A stretch of 63,757 bases of DNA, counting the filler. It is 7 parts of 7 records of this genome, joined end to end, with 100 filler letters (N's around TTAATTAATTAA, not from the genome) between each part and the next. Parts side by side here need not be neighbours in the genome. Positions count along the whole stretch, not along the records: positions 1 to 9,215 come from SRR31156797_57978; positions 9,316 to 33,144 come from SRR31156797_57981; 5 more parts are not named here. One strand, 5' to 3'. Under the pieces are notes generated by a model that saw nothing but the letters and a program-made list of their open reading frames with translations, was not told the origin of the DNA and searched no databases. A program made the translations under genes and the position numbers. Below, piece by piece: positions 1 through 9,466 of the stretch. Position 1 is the first letter of the stretch; each line of letters begins with the position of its first letter.

Positions 1-500
1 GTGAAGCCTGCATTTTTTCTGTTTGTTTTTGGGTTTTTCAGGTCAATTTCTGTATGAGCTACGTTTAGGTCACCGCAGACTATTACATGCTTTTGCGCTT
101 TTAATCCTTGTAAATAATCTTTGAATGCTTCTTCCCATTTCATGCGATAGTTAAGACGTGCCAGCTCCCTTTGAGAATTTGGTGTATAGCAGGTTACAAA
201 GTAGTAATCCTCAAATTCCAGCGTAATCACTCTGCCTTCGTTGTTGTGTTCATCTATCCCAATGCCATATGACACATTTGTTGGTTCAGCTTTTGTGAAT
301 ACTGCTGTGCCGGAGTAACCCTTTTTCTCAGCGGCATTCCAGTACTGGTAATAACCGGGAGTATCTATATCTACCTGTCCTACCTGACATTTCGTTTCCT
401 GTAAGCACAATATATCTGCTTCGGATTCATTGAAAAAATCCATAAATCCCTTTTTTAGTGCGGCACGAATGCCGTTAACATTCCATGATACTAATTTCAT
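1..500 (-). CDS. xth: Exodeoxyribonuclease III (3' end truncated by window edge)
   Basis: Manual translation from ATG at 500: [39 protein letters not shown]... and later [35 protein letters not shown], all ExoIII/APE motifs; not in ORF track because it is open-ended. Confidence 0.93.
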   Translation of the reverse strand, partial: MKLVSWNVNGIRAALKKGFMDFFNESEADILCLQETKCQVGQVDIDTPGYYQYWNAAEKKGYSGTAVFTKAEPTNVSYGIGIDEHNNEGRVITLEFEDYYFVTCYTPNSQRELARLNYRMKWEEAFKDYLQGLKAQKHVIVCGDLNVAHTEIDLKNPKTNRKNAGF

Positions 501-526
501 AATATTCTCCAAATATTTTGTATTTT

Positions 527-958
527 TTATGTGATGCTATCCATCCAATCGGAAATAGCTTTATTCTGAAAAGCATATGATACCTCGTTGTATCTTATAG
601 AACAGATATTATTTGTAGGGTCTAACAATCGTAGTGTTGATGTAGTACTATTATCATAATAAACTGTAACATGCAATTCCAGCGCAATTATATCTTCTGG
701 TGTATCTGCTAATTCGCTTGCTAATAGCGCCTCTTCCAGCCACTGGATGTCAATATCATCTGAATATCCGATATAATCAACCTCTACATCAATGATATTT
801 TTATGTAGGAGAATATTGAAATCATCCACTTGGCTTTGACTATTTTCATTGGATTTAAGCGAATCACATGCCGATAGTGAAATTATCATTCCAACAATTA
901 CAGAAATAATAAACACCCTCAATATTTTGTTTTTCATTTTATATCTCCTCATATTCAT
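527..958 (-). CDS. Hypothetical lipoprotein
   Basis: Basic N-terminus, hydrophobic stretch and lipobox LSAC. Confidence 0.6.
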   Translation of the reverse strand: MNMRRYKMKNKILRVFIISVIVGMIISLSACDSLKSNENSQSQVDDFNILLHKNIIDVEVDYIGYSDDIDIQWLEEALLASELADTPEDIIALELHVTVYYDNSTTSTLRLLDPTNNICSIRYNEVSYAFQNKAISDWMDSIT

Positions 959-1141
959 TTTTATTATTATAGCATATATGATATTGTAATGCTGTTACTA
1001 AGTTACATTCTAATGGAAATGTATTTTGTAATTATTTTGTAATGTAAATACTAATGATATAATAAATGTAAAATGCAGTAAGGAAGTATCGTGGATAAAG
1101 AATTTTCACATATCAGCTAATCTATAGATTTTTGACGATAA

Positions 1142-1918
1142 ATGCCAACAAATGCTATAATCACTTTGATGATTTTCCAAAATATATTAGATAAAATAGT
1201 ACTTAGCTATACCAATATTCTTGAGAATAATATTGTAGGTATCTATCTTCACGGTTCACTGGCAATGGAGTGCGCTACAAAAAACAGTGATATTGATTTA
1301 CTTGTGATTGTTAATGAGCCATTAGCAGACGGCAGGGCAAGAGAAATGGTTAATACTATTTTGGAGCTTGAGGATATTCCTGCAAAAGGAATAGAGATGA
1401 GTGTAGTATTGAGGGAGTATTGCAATGATATTGTCTATCCAACACCTTTTGAACTTCATTACAGTGATTATCATAAAGAGAAATACCTAAAAGACAGAAC
1501 TTATATTTGCGGTAATGCAGCCGATGAGGATTTAGTATGTCATTTTATGGTGACTAAGCATAGAGGTAAGTGCCTGTATGGCGCACCTATTGACAGTATA
1601 TTTGGCGAAGTGCCAGAAGAACTATATGTCAAATCCATAATGCACGATATTGCTGATGCTAAATCCGATATTGAGGATAATCCGACCTATCATATACTTA
1701 ACCTTTGCAGAACTTGGGCGTATTTAGAGGATAAGAAGGTATTGTCTAAGCTAGAGGGCGGACAGTGGGCAGTTGAACAGCTACCTAATAATTACAAAGA
1801 TATGATTATTAAAGCGATGGATAATTATGCGGATAACATCAATAATTATTTTAACAAAGAATTATTAGATGCATTTGTTCTGTATATGTACGATAAATTT
1901 GACTCTACAGTGAGGTAA
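1142..1918 (+). CDS. Aminoglycoside nucleotidyltransferase-like protein (AadA/ANT(9) family, NTase + DUF4111-type C-terminus); true start may be TTG near 1166
   Basis: GIYLHGSLA...SDIDLLV nucleotidyltransferase motif; ELHYS, DLVCH, ILNLCR and LSKLEGGQW segments typical of the family. Confidence 0.75.
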   Translation: MPTNAIITLMIFQNILDKIVLSYTNILENNIVGIYLHGSLAMECATKNSDIDLLVIVNEPLADGRAREMVNTILELEDIPAKGIEMSVVLREYCNDIVYPTPFELHYSDYHKEKYLKDRTYICGNAADEDLVCHFMVTKHRGKCLYGAPIDSIFGEVPEELYVKSIMHDIADAKSDIEDNPTYHILNLCRTWAYLEDKKVLSKLEGGQWAVEQLPNNYKDMIIKAMDNYADNINNYFNKELLDAFVLYMYDKFDSTVR

Positions 1919-1924
1919 TAGATT

Positions 1925-2188
1925 TTGTGTTTAAATAAATATAGAGATGAAGCAGGCGACTTCCTTTGAAGAATCAATGAACTTGAAGGTGATATTCAAA
2001 GGAAGATAGAGTTTTTAGAAGAGGAATTTGATTTACTAAAAGTGTCTACTAATAACCCTGAAAAATTACAACATCAGATATATGATATGATGTTTATTCT
2101 TTTTGAAATCGCTTATGAAAATAATGCTGATTTGGATGGTGAGTGGGAGAAGGGGAGAACGAAAAAACAAAGAAAGTATATAGAGTAA
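1925..2188 (+). pseudogene. Small MazG-like (NTP pyrophosphohydrolase-type) ORF interrupted by in-frame TGA at 1967-1969
   Basis: GAGGT RBS, TTG start, 88-codon frame MCLNKYRDEAGDFL*RINELEGDIQRKIEFLEEEFDLLK...QIYDMMFILFEIAYENNADLDGEWEKG; helical pattern resembles MazG-like proteins. Confidence 0.45.
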
Positions 2189-2345
2189 TTTATACAAAAG
2201 TTTATTTACTATAGTAGTTATTATTCTTCAATAGTCCTACAACCATCAATTACTATTAACATTATTAGCTACCTATACCCAAACCCTGACCAATATGTTA
2301 TAATCACTTAATAAATCCTTAACATATAAGAATTCAGGGAGTGAT

Positions 2346-3812
2346 TTGATGAACAAACGTGATAAAAATTCACGATATATACAAAATAGAGAAAGAACCA
2401 GCAAAGCTCAGTACAATACGCTGGATGCTGCAGGGCGAATGAATCAAAAGCAGCTGGAGAAGCTGATAGCGAGGCGAAGGAGAATATTTGGTATTACTTC
2501 CTTTATTATTATTCTGCTATCAGTGGTATTTTTGTATCTATTCTACAATTGGGAAGACGTAGTTGCTCTAAAGGATAGCTTCGATGAGCAGGTGATAAAT
2601 ACTCCAACGCCTATACCTACACAGATACCAGCACCAACAGTGAAAGCCACACCTACACCTACACCAGTGCCTGATGTAACGCCTGCACCAGTTGTTACTT
2701 CCACTCCGAAGCCTGCTGTGGTGGAATTTACAATTAGTGTTGTGGGAGATTTATCTTTTTATCAATCACAATTAGCTGATGCATATAATTCTGACGGTAC
2801 ATATGATTTCAGTCACAATTTTGAAGCAGTAAAACCTTACCTAGATGCATCTAATTATGTTATTGCTAATTTTAATTCTGTTTGCATTGGCGACAGGGCG
2901 GCTTATTCTGGCGATCCTAACAATCTGAACACTCCAGAAAGTGTATTTGAGGATATTAAAGAAGCGGGTATTGATGCACTGGTTACAGCCAATGAAAATT
3001 TCTTCAGCCAAGGTTGGATTGGAGTTCAGTATACTAATAACTATATACAAAAGGCAGGTTTGGTTTCGACGGGCACATACCTTAGTGAAGTAGAATACTA
3101 TAAGCCGCTTATAGTAGAGGTTGAGGGTATCAAAATTGGTATTTTGAACTATGCAAATAAGCGAGCAGTGGTTGAGATAGAGCAGTTAATTACAGAGAAA
3201 CAGGCATCTTACGGCATTAAGGTACTGAAAATGTCCAATGTAAGCAGAGATGTAGAGCTTTGCCAGGATTCAGGAGCAGACCTGATATTCGCATATGTCA
3301 ACTGGGGGAATAAGACCTCGTTATCACCGACTAGTGATATTGCATCTTATGCCAGTGCAATGACAGAAGCTGGAGTAGACTGTATCTTCGGTGCGTATCC
3401 GGAAGTTATTCAGCCGATAGTCGCAAAGGCACTAAAGAGAGGCAAAGACGACCCAAGCACAGGTGTAATTGCATATTCCCTAGGTTCATTTATTACATCA
3501 AGACGAACTCAATATCTGGATTGCGCCGCAATATTAAACATTACCTACAGATATGATACAGTAAATGAGACGCTTAATATGGGTGAAATCACATATGTGC
3601 CTACTTATATCAGCGTACAAAATGACGGCGGAGACACAGGCGATTATGATTACAGAATTATTCCCGTGTGGGATTATCTAAACGATGGTGAGCTTTACAA
3701 TACTTTGACTGATGACGGCAAGGAAAGAATTTCAAATGTGTGGAGCGATATTGTAGGTCTGCTGGGAGAAGGGCTTATTTATCCGTTGAAAGGGCTGGAG
3801 GAAACTTCTTAA
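2346..3812 (+). CDS. Membrane-anchored CapA/PgsA-family (metallophosphatase-fold) protein with Pro/Thr linker and degenerate active site
   Basis: One TM helix, PT-rich linker, then VVGDL, EAGIDALVTAN, WG, PEVIQP and AYSLG motifs of the CapA domain. Confidence 0.8.
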   Translation: MMNKRDKNSRYIQNRERTSKAQYNTLDAAGRMNQKQLEKLIARRRRIFGITSFIIILLSVVFLYLFYNWEDVVALKDSFDEQVINTPTPIPTQIPAPTVKATPTPTPVPDVTPAPVVTSTPKPAVVEFTISVVGDLSFYQSQLADAYNSDGTYDFSHNFEAVKPYLDASNYVIANFNSVCIGDRAAYSGDPNNLNTPESVFEDIKEAGIDALVTANENFFSQGWIGVQYTNNYIQKAGLVSTGTYLSEVEYYKPLIVEVEGIKIGILNYANKRAVVEIEQLITEKQASYGIKVLKMSNVSRDVELCQDSGADLIFAYVNWGNKTSLSPTSDIASYASAMTEAGVDCIFGAYPEVIQPIVAKALKRGKDDPSTGVIAYSLGSFITSRRTQYLDCAAILNITYRYDTVNETLNMGEITYVPTYISVQNDGGDTGDYDYRIIPVWDYLNDGELYNTLTDDGKERISNVWSDIVGLLGEGLIYPLKGLEETS

Positions 3813-3912
3813 TAAAAAACAGTTGAAATTTCGTTCAAAATGTAACATAATACAAAGACAATTTCTTTTTAGGAAATTCTTACACTGGTAGGAATCCACA
3901 AGATAAAATATT

Positions 3913-4007
3913 GCAGAGTAGGTACAATGCGTCAAGTGCTGGGGAATGGGATGTTGTCTCCAGACGAAAAGCCTTTTTAGCTTGCGGTACTGTATCGCAT
4001 CCACTGT
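3913..4007 (+). ncRNA. THF (tetrahydrofolate) riboswitch
   Basis: GCAGAGTAG...GCGTCAAGTG...GAATGGGATGTTG...ACGAA...GCGGT...GCATCCACTGT follows the THF aptamer consensus; it lies directly upstream of a folate ECF S-component. Confidence 0.92.
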
Positions 4008-4110
4008 TATTTTTGATATCCTAATTTGCTGCCGAATAATGGGATTATTAGAGGATAATGCTTTGAAGCAATAACTATCTTTGGTTTACTAATAATAATT
4101 TTATTATGAG

Positions 4111-4644
4111 GTGAATATGAACAAAAAATTTAATACGAGAGACTTGGTTATTGCAAGTTTGATGATTGCACTGGCTGTAGTATTTGCCAGACTGCTTTCT
4201 TTTAAGGTATCAGAGGGGCTGCGCATTAGCTTCGGACAGACACCAATAATTATTGCTGGATTGCTTTTAGGACCTGTATGGGGACTAATTGTTGGAATAC
4301 TAGCGGATGTTACAGGATACATTATCCAGCCATTGGGTGCATATCTGCCGGGATTGACTCTATGTTCTGGACTTGTTGGACTTATCCCGGGACTAATCAG
4401 AACAAAGTTTATAAAGACAAAGATAAATTTGGCAGTAATAGTATCTGCAGTAATAGTATGTCTGATTGTAAATGGTTTATTTGCGACGTTCTTTCTGTCC
4501 CTTGCTTATTCCAGCAGAGGGTTCATGGGCTGGCTGGCGGTAAGAATGCCAGTAGAAGTTGTAATGACTTTCGTACAGTCAATAGTAATAATAGCTATTA
4601 TGGCTGTCATTTCAAAGGTTTTACACGTAAAAGTAACTGAATAA
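4111..4644 (+). CDS. folT: Folate-family ECF transporter S component
   Basis: Highly hydrophobic; LMIALAVV...RISFG..PI..AG.LLGP..G...G..AD..G pattern; THF riboswitch upstream. Confidence 0.88.
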   Translation: MNMNKKFNTRDLVIASLMIALAVVFARLLSFKVSEGLRISFGQTPIIIAGLLLGPVWGLIVGILADVTGYIIQPLGAYLPGLTLCSGLVGLIPGLIRTKFIKTKINLAVIVSAVIVCLIVNGLFATFFLSLAYSSRGFMGWLAVRMPVEVVMTFVQSIVIIAIMAVISKVLHVKVTE

Positions 4645-4651
4645 TTTTTAG

Positions 4652-5815
4652 ATGAGGGACTGCAGTATGGAATTTAGTCTAATATCACCACAGAGTATAT
4701 ATTTTGGCAGCGACAAAATTCGCATACTGCCTGACCTTGCAAAAGATTATAAGGGCGATATTTTAATCGTTATATCAAATTCTGCCAGTAAGGTACAATC
4801 AGTTATAGAAATCTTAGCTCAGTTGGAGAGTACTCACAATGTACACTATTTCAAAGGAGTTATAGGCGAACCAACAGTAAAATGCATCAATGAATGTGTA
4901 GAGATTGCCAGATGTAACAATGTAGGATTGGTTATAAGCATTGGCGGCGGTTCAGTAATTGATACAGCAAAGGCCGTAGCAGGCTATTCACCAAACGATG
5001 GAGATTTGATTGATTATATTGAGGGAGTCGGCGAAGGCAGAGTACTTGCTAATGCTCCTATTGACCATATTGCTATACCTACTACGTCGGGCACAGGTTC
5101 TGAGATGACAAAGAATGCAGTTATAATGGGTGATGGTGATTTGATGTTCAAGCGCAGTTTTCGTCATGATAGGATGGTGCCTGTTGCTTCAATTGTTGAC
5201 CCAGAGCTTACGGTATCAGTTCCTCCTGATGTAACCGCATATTCAGGCATGGATGCCTTAACCCAGCTTATTGAATCCTATATCTCAAAGAAATCCAAGC
5301 CAGTAACTGATGCACTTGCATTAGAAGCAATATCTAGACTAGGTACATCACTAATTGATGCCTATGTCGACGGAAGCAATATAAAAGCTCGTACAAATCT
5401 TGCTTATGCCAGTATGATTAGCGGAATATGCTTAGCCAATTCAGGTTTGGGAGCAGTTCACGGTGTAGCAGCAGGAATGGGAGCAGTGTGTCATGCACCA
5501 CACGGTATGGTTTGCGCAATACTTCTAGCTCCAGTATTTAGGAAAAATGCCAAGCATATTTTACCTGAAAAAATTACAAAGCTATGCAAAGCATTAACAG
5601 GGAAAAGTACCAACAGATATGAATCAGATATAGAAGCAATTCTTAACCATATTGATAATCTAATGGAAAAGCTGAATATACCAAAGGATTTTAATTTCTT
5701 AAATATAACACAAGAAACTGCTCATAGCATTTTATCAAGTGTTTCAGGCTCATCCATGAGCGGTAATCCTTATGCTATGAATGATGAAGAAATTTTAGAA
5801 TTAATTAATTTATAA
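4652..5815 (+). CDS. Iron-containing alcohol dehydrogenase
   Basis: GGGSVIDTAKA, PTTSGTGSE, GMDALTQLIESY, GAVHG and PHG motifs. Confidence 0.92.
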   Translation: MRDCSMEFSLISPQSIYFGSDKIRILPDLAKDYKGDILIVISNSASKVQSVIEILAQLESTHNVHYFKGVIGEPTVKCINECVEIARCNNVGLVISIGGGSVIDTAKAVAGYSPNDGDLIDYIEGVGEGRVLANAPIDHIAIPTTSGTGSEMTKNAVIMGDGDLMFKRSFRHDRMVPVASIVDPELTVSVPPDVTAYSGMDALTQLIESYISKKSKPVTDALALEAISRLGTSLIDAYVDGSNIKARTNLAYASMISGICLANSGLGAVHGVAAGMGAVCHAPHGMVCAILLAPVFRKNAKHILPEKITKLCKALTGKSTNRYESDIEAILNHIDNLMEKLNIPKDFNFLNITQETAHSILSSVSGSSMSGNPYAMNDEEILELINL

Positions 5816-5902
5816 CAGTAAAAGTGTAAAAATACTTAAATAATATAAAGATACAAATATTTCTATTACAATATAATTATAATATGTTATAATCCCATCA
5901 GT

Positions 5903-7270
5903 ATGAGTAAAATTATAGTGAAAAAGAATGATAAATTCGTAAAGAGACTAGTAACACTGGGGCTGCCTCTTTTGCTGCAATATTTGGTAATATCCTCTCT
6001 CAATCTGGTTGACAATGTTATGATTGGGAATTTGGGGAAAATCAGCATAAATGCAGTTGCGGTTGGCAATCAGATCTTTTTTCTAGTTAATCTGTTTATA
6101 GTGGGCGTAACAAGCGGCACAGGGATATTCTTTTCCCAATACTGGGGTAAAAGAGATATAAAGAGCATTCATAAGACACTAGGAATCGCATTGATGGTTT
6201 CAATTATTGTAGCCTCTGTTTTTACAATCCTAGCTTTATCTGTTCCAGGGCAGATAGTAGGATTGTATTCAAAGGATGCTGGAGTAATTAATGAGGGTAT
6301 TATTTACTTAAGAGTTGCTGCATTTTCGTATATTCCATTTGCAATTTCAATGGCTATGGTTTTTGCTCTTAGGTCAATTGGTAATGTTAAGCTGCCATTA
6401 ATAGTTTCAATTATTGCTCTTGGAATAAATACATTTCTTAATTACTGCTTGATTTTCGGTAATTTTGGTATGCCGGAATTAGGGGTTAAGGGTGCAGCTA
6501 TTGCGACTGTTACTGCACGCCTTGTAGAGGCAACTTTGATTGTATCAATAGTATACTTAAAGAAATATCCAATAGCAGGTAAAATGCGGGACTTATTCAG
6601 TTTTTCATCTTTTTTCTTCAAAAAAATAATGAATAAAGTAGCATTGGTAATGCTGAATGAGGGCGTATGGGCAATTGGTACTACTGGCTATAGCATAATA
6701 TATGGTCGTATGGGTGTGGATGAACTGGCTGTTATGAGTATATGCATGGCAGTATTTAATATTGGTTTTGTTTTTGCAGAGGGGGTTGGTGTTGCTACAG
6801 GAGTACTGGTAGGCAATAGCCTTGGTGCAGGTGATTTTGAACAAGCAAAATCGGATGCGAAAAAGAGCCTGCCTGCTGCGTTTATCTGCGGCATGATTGT
6901 TTCATTAATTGTTCTGTCGCTGCGAAGTACTATACTATCTTTTTATAATGTTTCTCCGGAGGTGCTTCAGCAGGCTAGCATTGTACTGATAGCAATTATC
7001 GCTTTTCTGCCACTTAACGGAATTGCTTTTACATTGTTCATCGGAGTACTAAGAGCTGGAGGCGATACTAGATTCTGCGCTATAGTTGATATGGTAGCAG
7101 TATGGTGCATAGGGCTTCCATTAGCATGGCTGGGTGCATTTGTCTTTAAGTTTCCTGTCCTTATAGTATTTATATTGGCAAGGATGGAGTCAACGGGACA
7201 TGTTGTAATGTGTTTTATCAGATACAGGTCTCTAAAATGGGTAAATGATTTGACAATTACTATGGAATAG
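5903..7270 (+). CDS. MATE family efflux transporter
   Basis: About 12 TM helices; LVDNVMIG, GVKGAAIAT and GVLRAGGDT motifs. Confidence 0.92.
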   Translation: MSKIIVKKNDKFVKRLVTLGLPLLLQYLVISSLNLVDNVMIGNLGKISINAVAVGNQIFFLVNLFIVGVTSGTGIFFSQYWGKRDIKSIHKTLGIALMVSIIVASVFTILALSVPGQIVGLYSKDAGVINEGIIYLRVAAFSYIPFAISMAMVFALRSIGNVKLPLIVSIIALGINTFLNYCLIFGNFGMPELGVKGAAIATVTARLVEATLIVSIVYLKKYPIAGKMRDLFSFSSFFFKKIMNKVALVMLNEGVWAIGTTGYSIIYGRMGVDELAVMSICMAVFNIGFVFAEGVGVATGVLVGNSLGAGDFEQAKSDAKKSLPAAFICGMIVSLIVLSLRSTILSFYNVSPEVLQQASIVLIAIIAFLPLNGIAFTLFIGVLRAGGDTRFCAIVDMVAVWCIGLPLAWLGAFVFKFPVLIVFILARMESTGHVVMCFIRYRSLKWVNDLTITME

Positions 7271-7485
7271 TTAACTAAGATAGGTTTTATTTAGATTTAA
7301 CTTGATTTAAATACCTGTTTATCTTGAATTTATAGCTTATTAACATCTGTGTGATAAAATCTACACGTACTTTGGATAAAATGTGATAGAATGTATTACA
7401 GATATTGTCACTGAATTATTCTGATATAAATAGTATAATACAAGTAGAGCAGATACAGACAATCAGCTTAAGCGAAAGGTAACAT

Positions 7486-7917
7486 ATGAAGTTAAAAACT
7501 CATTTATATATAGCGGAAACATTGCATGAGGAGTATGAAGGATACATAAACAAGTTTATTTTCAAGGTTGGCAATATACTGCCTGATTTGTGGCTCCCCC
7601 TAAGGCTCCGCTCACATTATGAGGATGGTTCAGGAGAATTTGTTAACAACCTTGTTATGGATTTAATTAATTCACCAAAGGGTATTATAGGCAGGTCGAT
7701 GCAGTTAGGAATAGTGTCTCACTTTGTGACTGACTTCTCCTGTAAGGTACATAAGCCTGATTATTTGTGTGGTACTGTGGAGCATCATAAGTATGAGAAG
7801 ATGCTGTCAGAATCTCATGAAACCGGTCATCCTGATATAGAAGAAGCAATCAATAGAGCAGATACTATTATCTATAGGGTGATTGAAGAAACTGAACCAC
7901 TGGTTACTATGGCATAG
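7486..7917 (+). CDS. Zinc-dependent phospholipase C family protein (short)
   Basis: TH..IA, GNILPD, LG..SHF.TD...H and H..YE zinc-ligand pattern. Confidence 0.7.
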   Translation: MKLKTHLYIAETLHEEYEGYINKFIFKVGNILPDLWLPLRLRSHYEDGSGEFVNNLVMDLINSPKGIIGRSMQLGIVSHFVTDFSCKVHKPDYLCGTVEHHKYEKMLSESHETGHPDIEEAINRADTIIYRVIEETEPLVTMA

Positions 7918-8023
7918 AGTATAGCTCGCAGAATTAAAATTGAAATAAGTCTAATCTAAAAAATTGATATAACAGTACATAGTGGTACATTTTGACAGCT
8001 GTGTGCTGTCTTTTTTATATTTT

Positions 8024-9025
8024 TTATTCGTACATGCTAAAGAATTCCCAAATAATTTCGCTTGCTGATATATCCATATCGTCATATTTAATAGTTGGAT
8101 ACATATGGTACATATTATCAACTGTGATGTACCATACTTGAGTATTATTATTTGGATTGCTGTAAATTGTTTTTTCTACATGCTCAGTGGGAGACGTAGT
8201 TTCTTTTTGAGTACAGCCATTAATTCCAGCCCAGAATTCTATTCCATCCCTAGCAGATGGTCCGCCGCACCAAATCTTTTCGACTGCTTCATCTCTCCCT
8301 GTTCCATCGATGTGAATGAGTTCATCTAAAACACCATGAATATGGCAAATTGGAATGGGGGTATTTACTGGATGCTCCAGCCATGTATCGGCATTGTAAT
8401 TATATGGATTGTAGCTGTACCATGTATATTCACTCATAAGTGCAGAGACTGGAGCAACAGCACGGAATACATCAGGGCGCTCACACGCCAGAGTATAGCT
8501 CATATATCCGCCGTTGGAGAATCCTGTAGCAAATATTCGGCTTTTGTTGAGTGAATATGTATCAGCTATTGAAAGTGCCAAACTAGATAGAAAACCCACA
8601 TCATCTGTCAGTGAATATATAATTCTCGAATTCCAATGAGGCTGATTGTTATAAACATCATTTGTTCCCTGAGGATAGCATACTATGAATTTATGCTCAT
8701 CAGCTACATCATTCCAAGTAGAATACAGCATGAAATCCTTAGCATTTCCAGTGTAGCCATGCATAGCAATTACCAGCGATGCATTATCGGGTAAATCAGA
8801 TGGGATGTACAGGTAGTATATTCGCTCAATATTATTGTGGGTAAATGTTTTGTAAAGAATATTAGACTGTGTGCTGCTTAAATCATTGGCAGTATCTTCT
8901 AATATATCAGTTTCATCTAGCTGATTATTATTACCATGTTGAGAAAACAATGTAAAATATATAATAAAACATAATAAAATAGCAGAAATAACTGATGTAA
9001 TTATTATTCGAGAATGATTTTTCAT
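8024..9025 (-). CDS. Secreted PHB depolymerase/LpqC-type alpha/beta-hydrolase esterase
   Basis: N-terminal TM; MHGYTG, VCYPQG, DDVGF, GFSNGG nucleophile elbow, HG..D and catalytic His region. Confidence 0.85.
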   Translation of the reverse strand: MKNHSRIIITSVISAILLCFIIYFTLFSQHGNNNQLDETDILEDTANDLSSTQSNILYKTFTHNNIERIYYLYIPSDLPDNASLVIAMHGYTGNAKDFMLYSTWNDVADEHKFIVCYPQGTNDVYNNQPHWNSRIIYSLTDDVGFLSSLALSIADTYSLNKSRIFATGFSNGGYMSYTLACERPDVFRAVAPVSALMSEYTWYSYNPYNYNADTWLEHPVNTPIPICHIHGVLDELIHIDGTGRDEAVEKIWCGGPSARDGIEFWAGINGCTQKETTSPTEHVEKTIYSNPNNNTQVWYITVDNMYHMYPTIKYDDMDISASEIIWEFFSMYE

Positions 9026-9215
9026 ACAAAAATTATACTACTTATTAATTATTCTATCAATGCATTTATCCATTAATGAATCTTAAGAATAAAATTCAGC
9101 GAAAGGTAGCTTTTTTAATGTAATAGATATGCGATGCATGTTCTTGACATCATTTTAGTATAGGGTTATCATTATCGTGGATTATGGAGCTTTTATGAAA
9201 CAAAAGCGATGCTGC

Positions 9216-9315
9216 NNNNNNNNNNNNNNNNNNNNNNNNNNNNNNNNNNNNNNNNNNNNTTAATTAATTAANNNNNNNNNNNNNNNNNNNNNNNNNNNNN
9301 NNNNNNNNNNNNNNN
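9216..9315. other. Artificial contig spacer (N run with TTAATTAATTAA)
   Basis: 100-nt N block with all-frame stop linker; GC content jumps across it. Confidence 0.98.
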
Positions 9316-9466
9316 AAGCAGGTCGCCGTAAAGGCGAAACCTTTAGAATAATATCGTTTGCATTTTCACTGCGAATGCACGCACCATCTACCTCAAAATG
9401 AATATCCATTCCCAAAGTATGAAGAGCCTTGTCTCCTCTTCATGAATTCTTTACATTCATTCAATC

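Noticed and set aside
2600-2715. ACACCT/CCA-rich repeats
   Set aside because: They simply encode the Pro/Thr linker of the CapA-like protein.
1-9215. Alternative genetic code (TGA as Trp/Gly) in contig 1, suggested by one in-frame TGA and no TGA stops
   Set aside because: Eight genes translate full length in code 11 with TGG for Trp; a reassigned code would scatter TGA through them.
9260-9271. TTAATTAATTAA palindrome as a biological site
   Set aside because: Embedded in N runs and repeated identically six times; it is an assembly linker.
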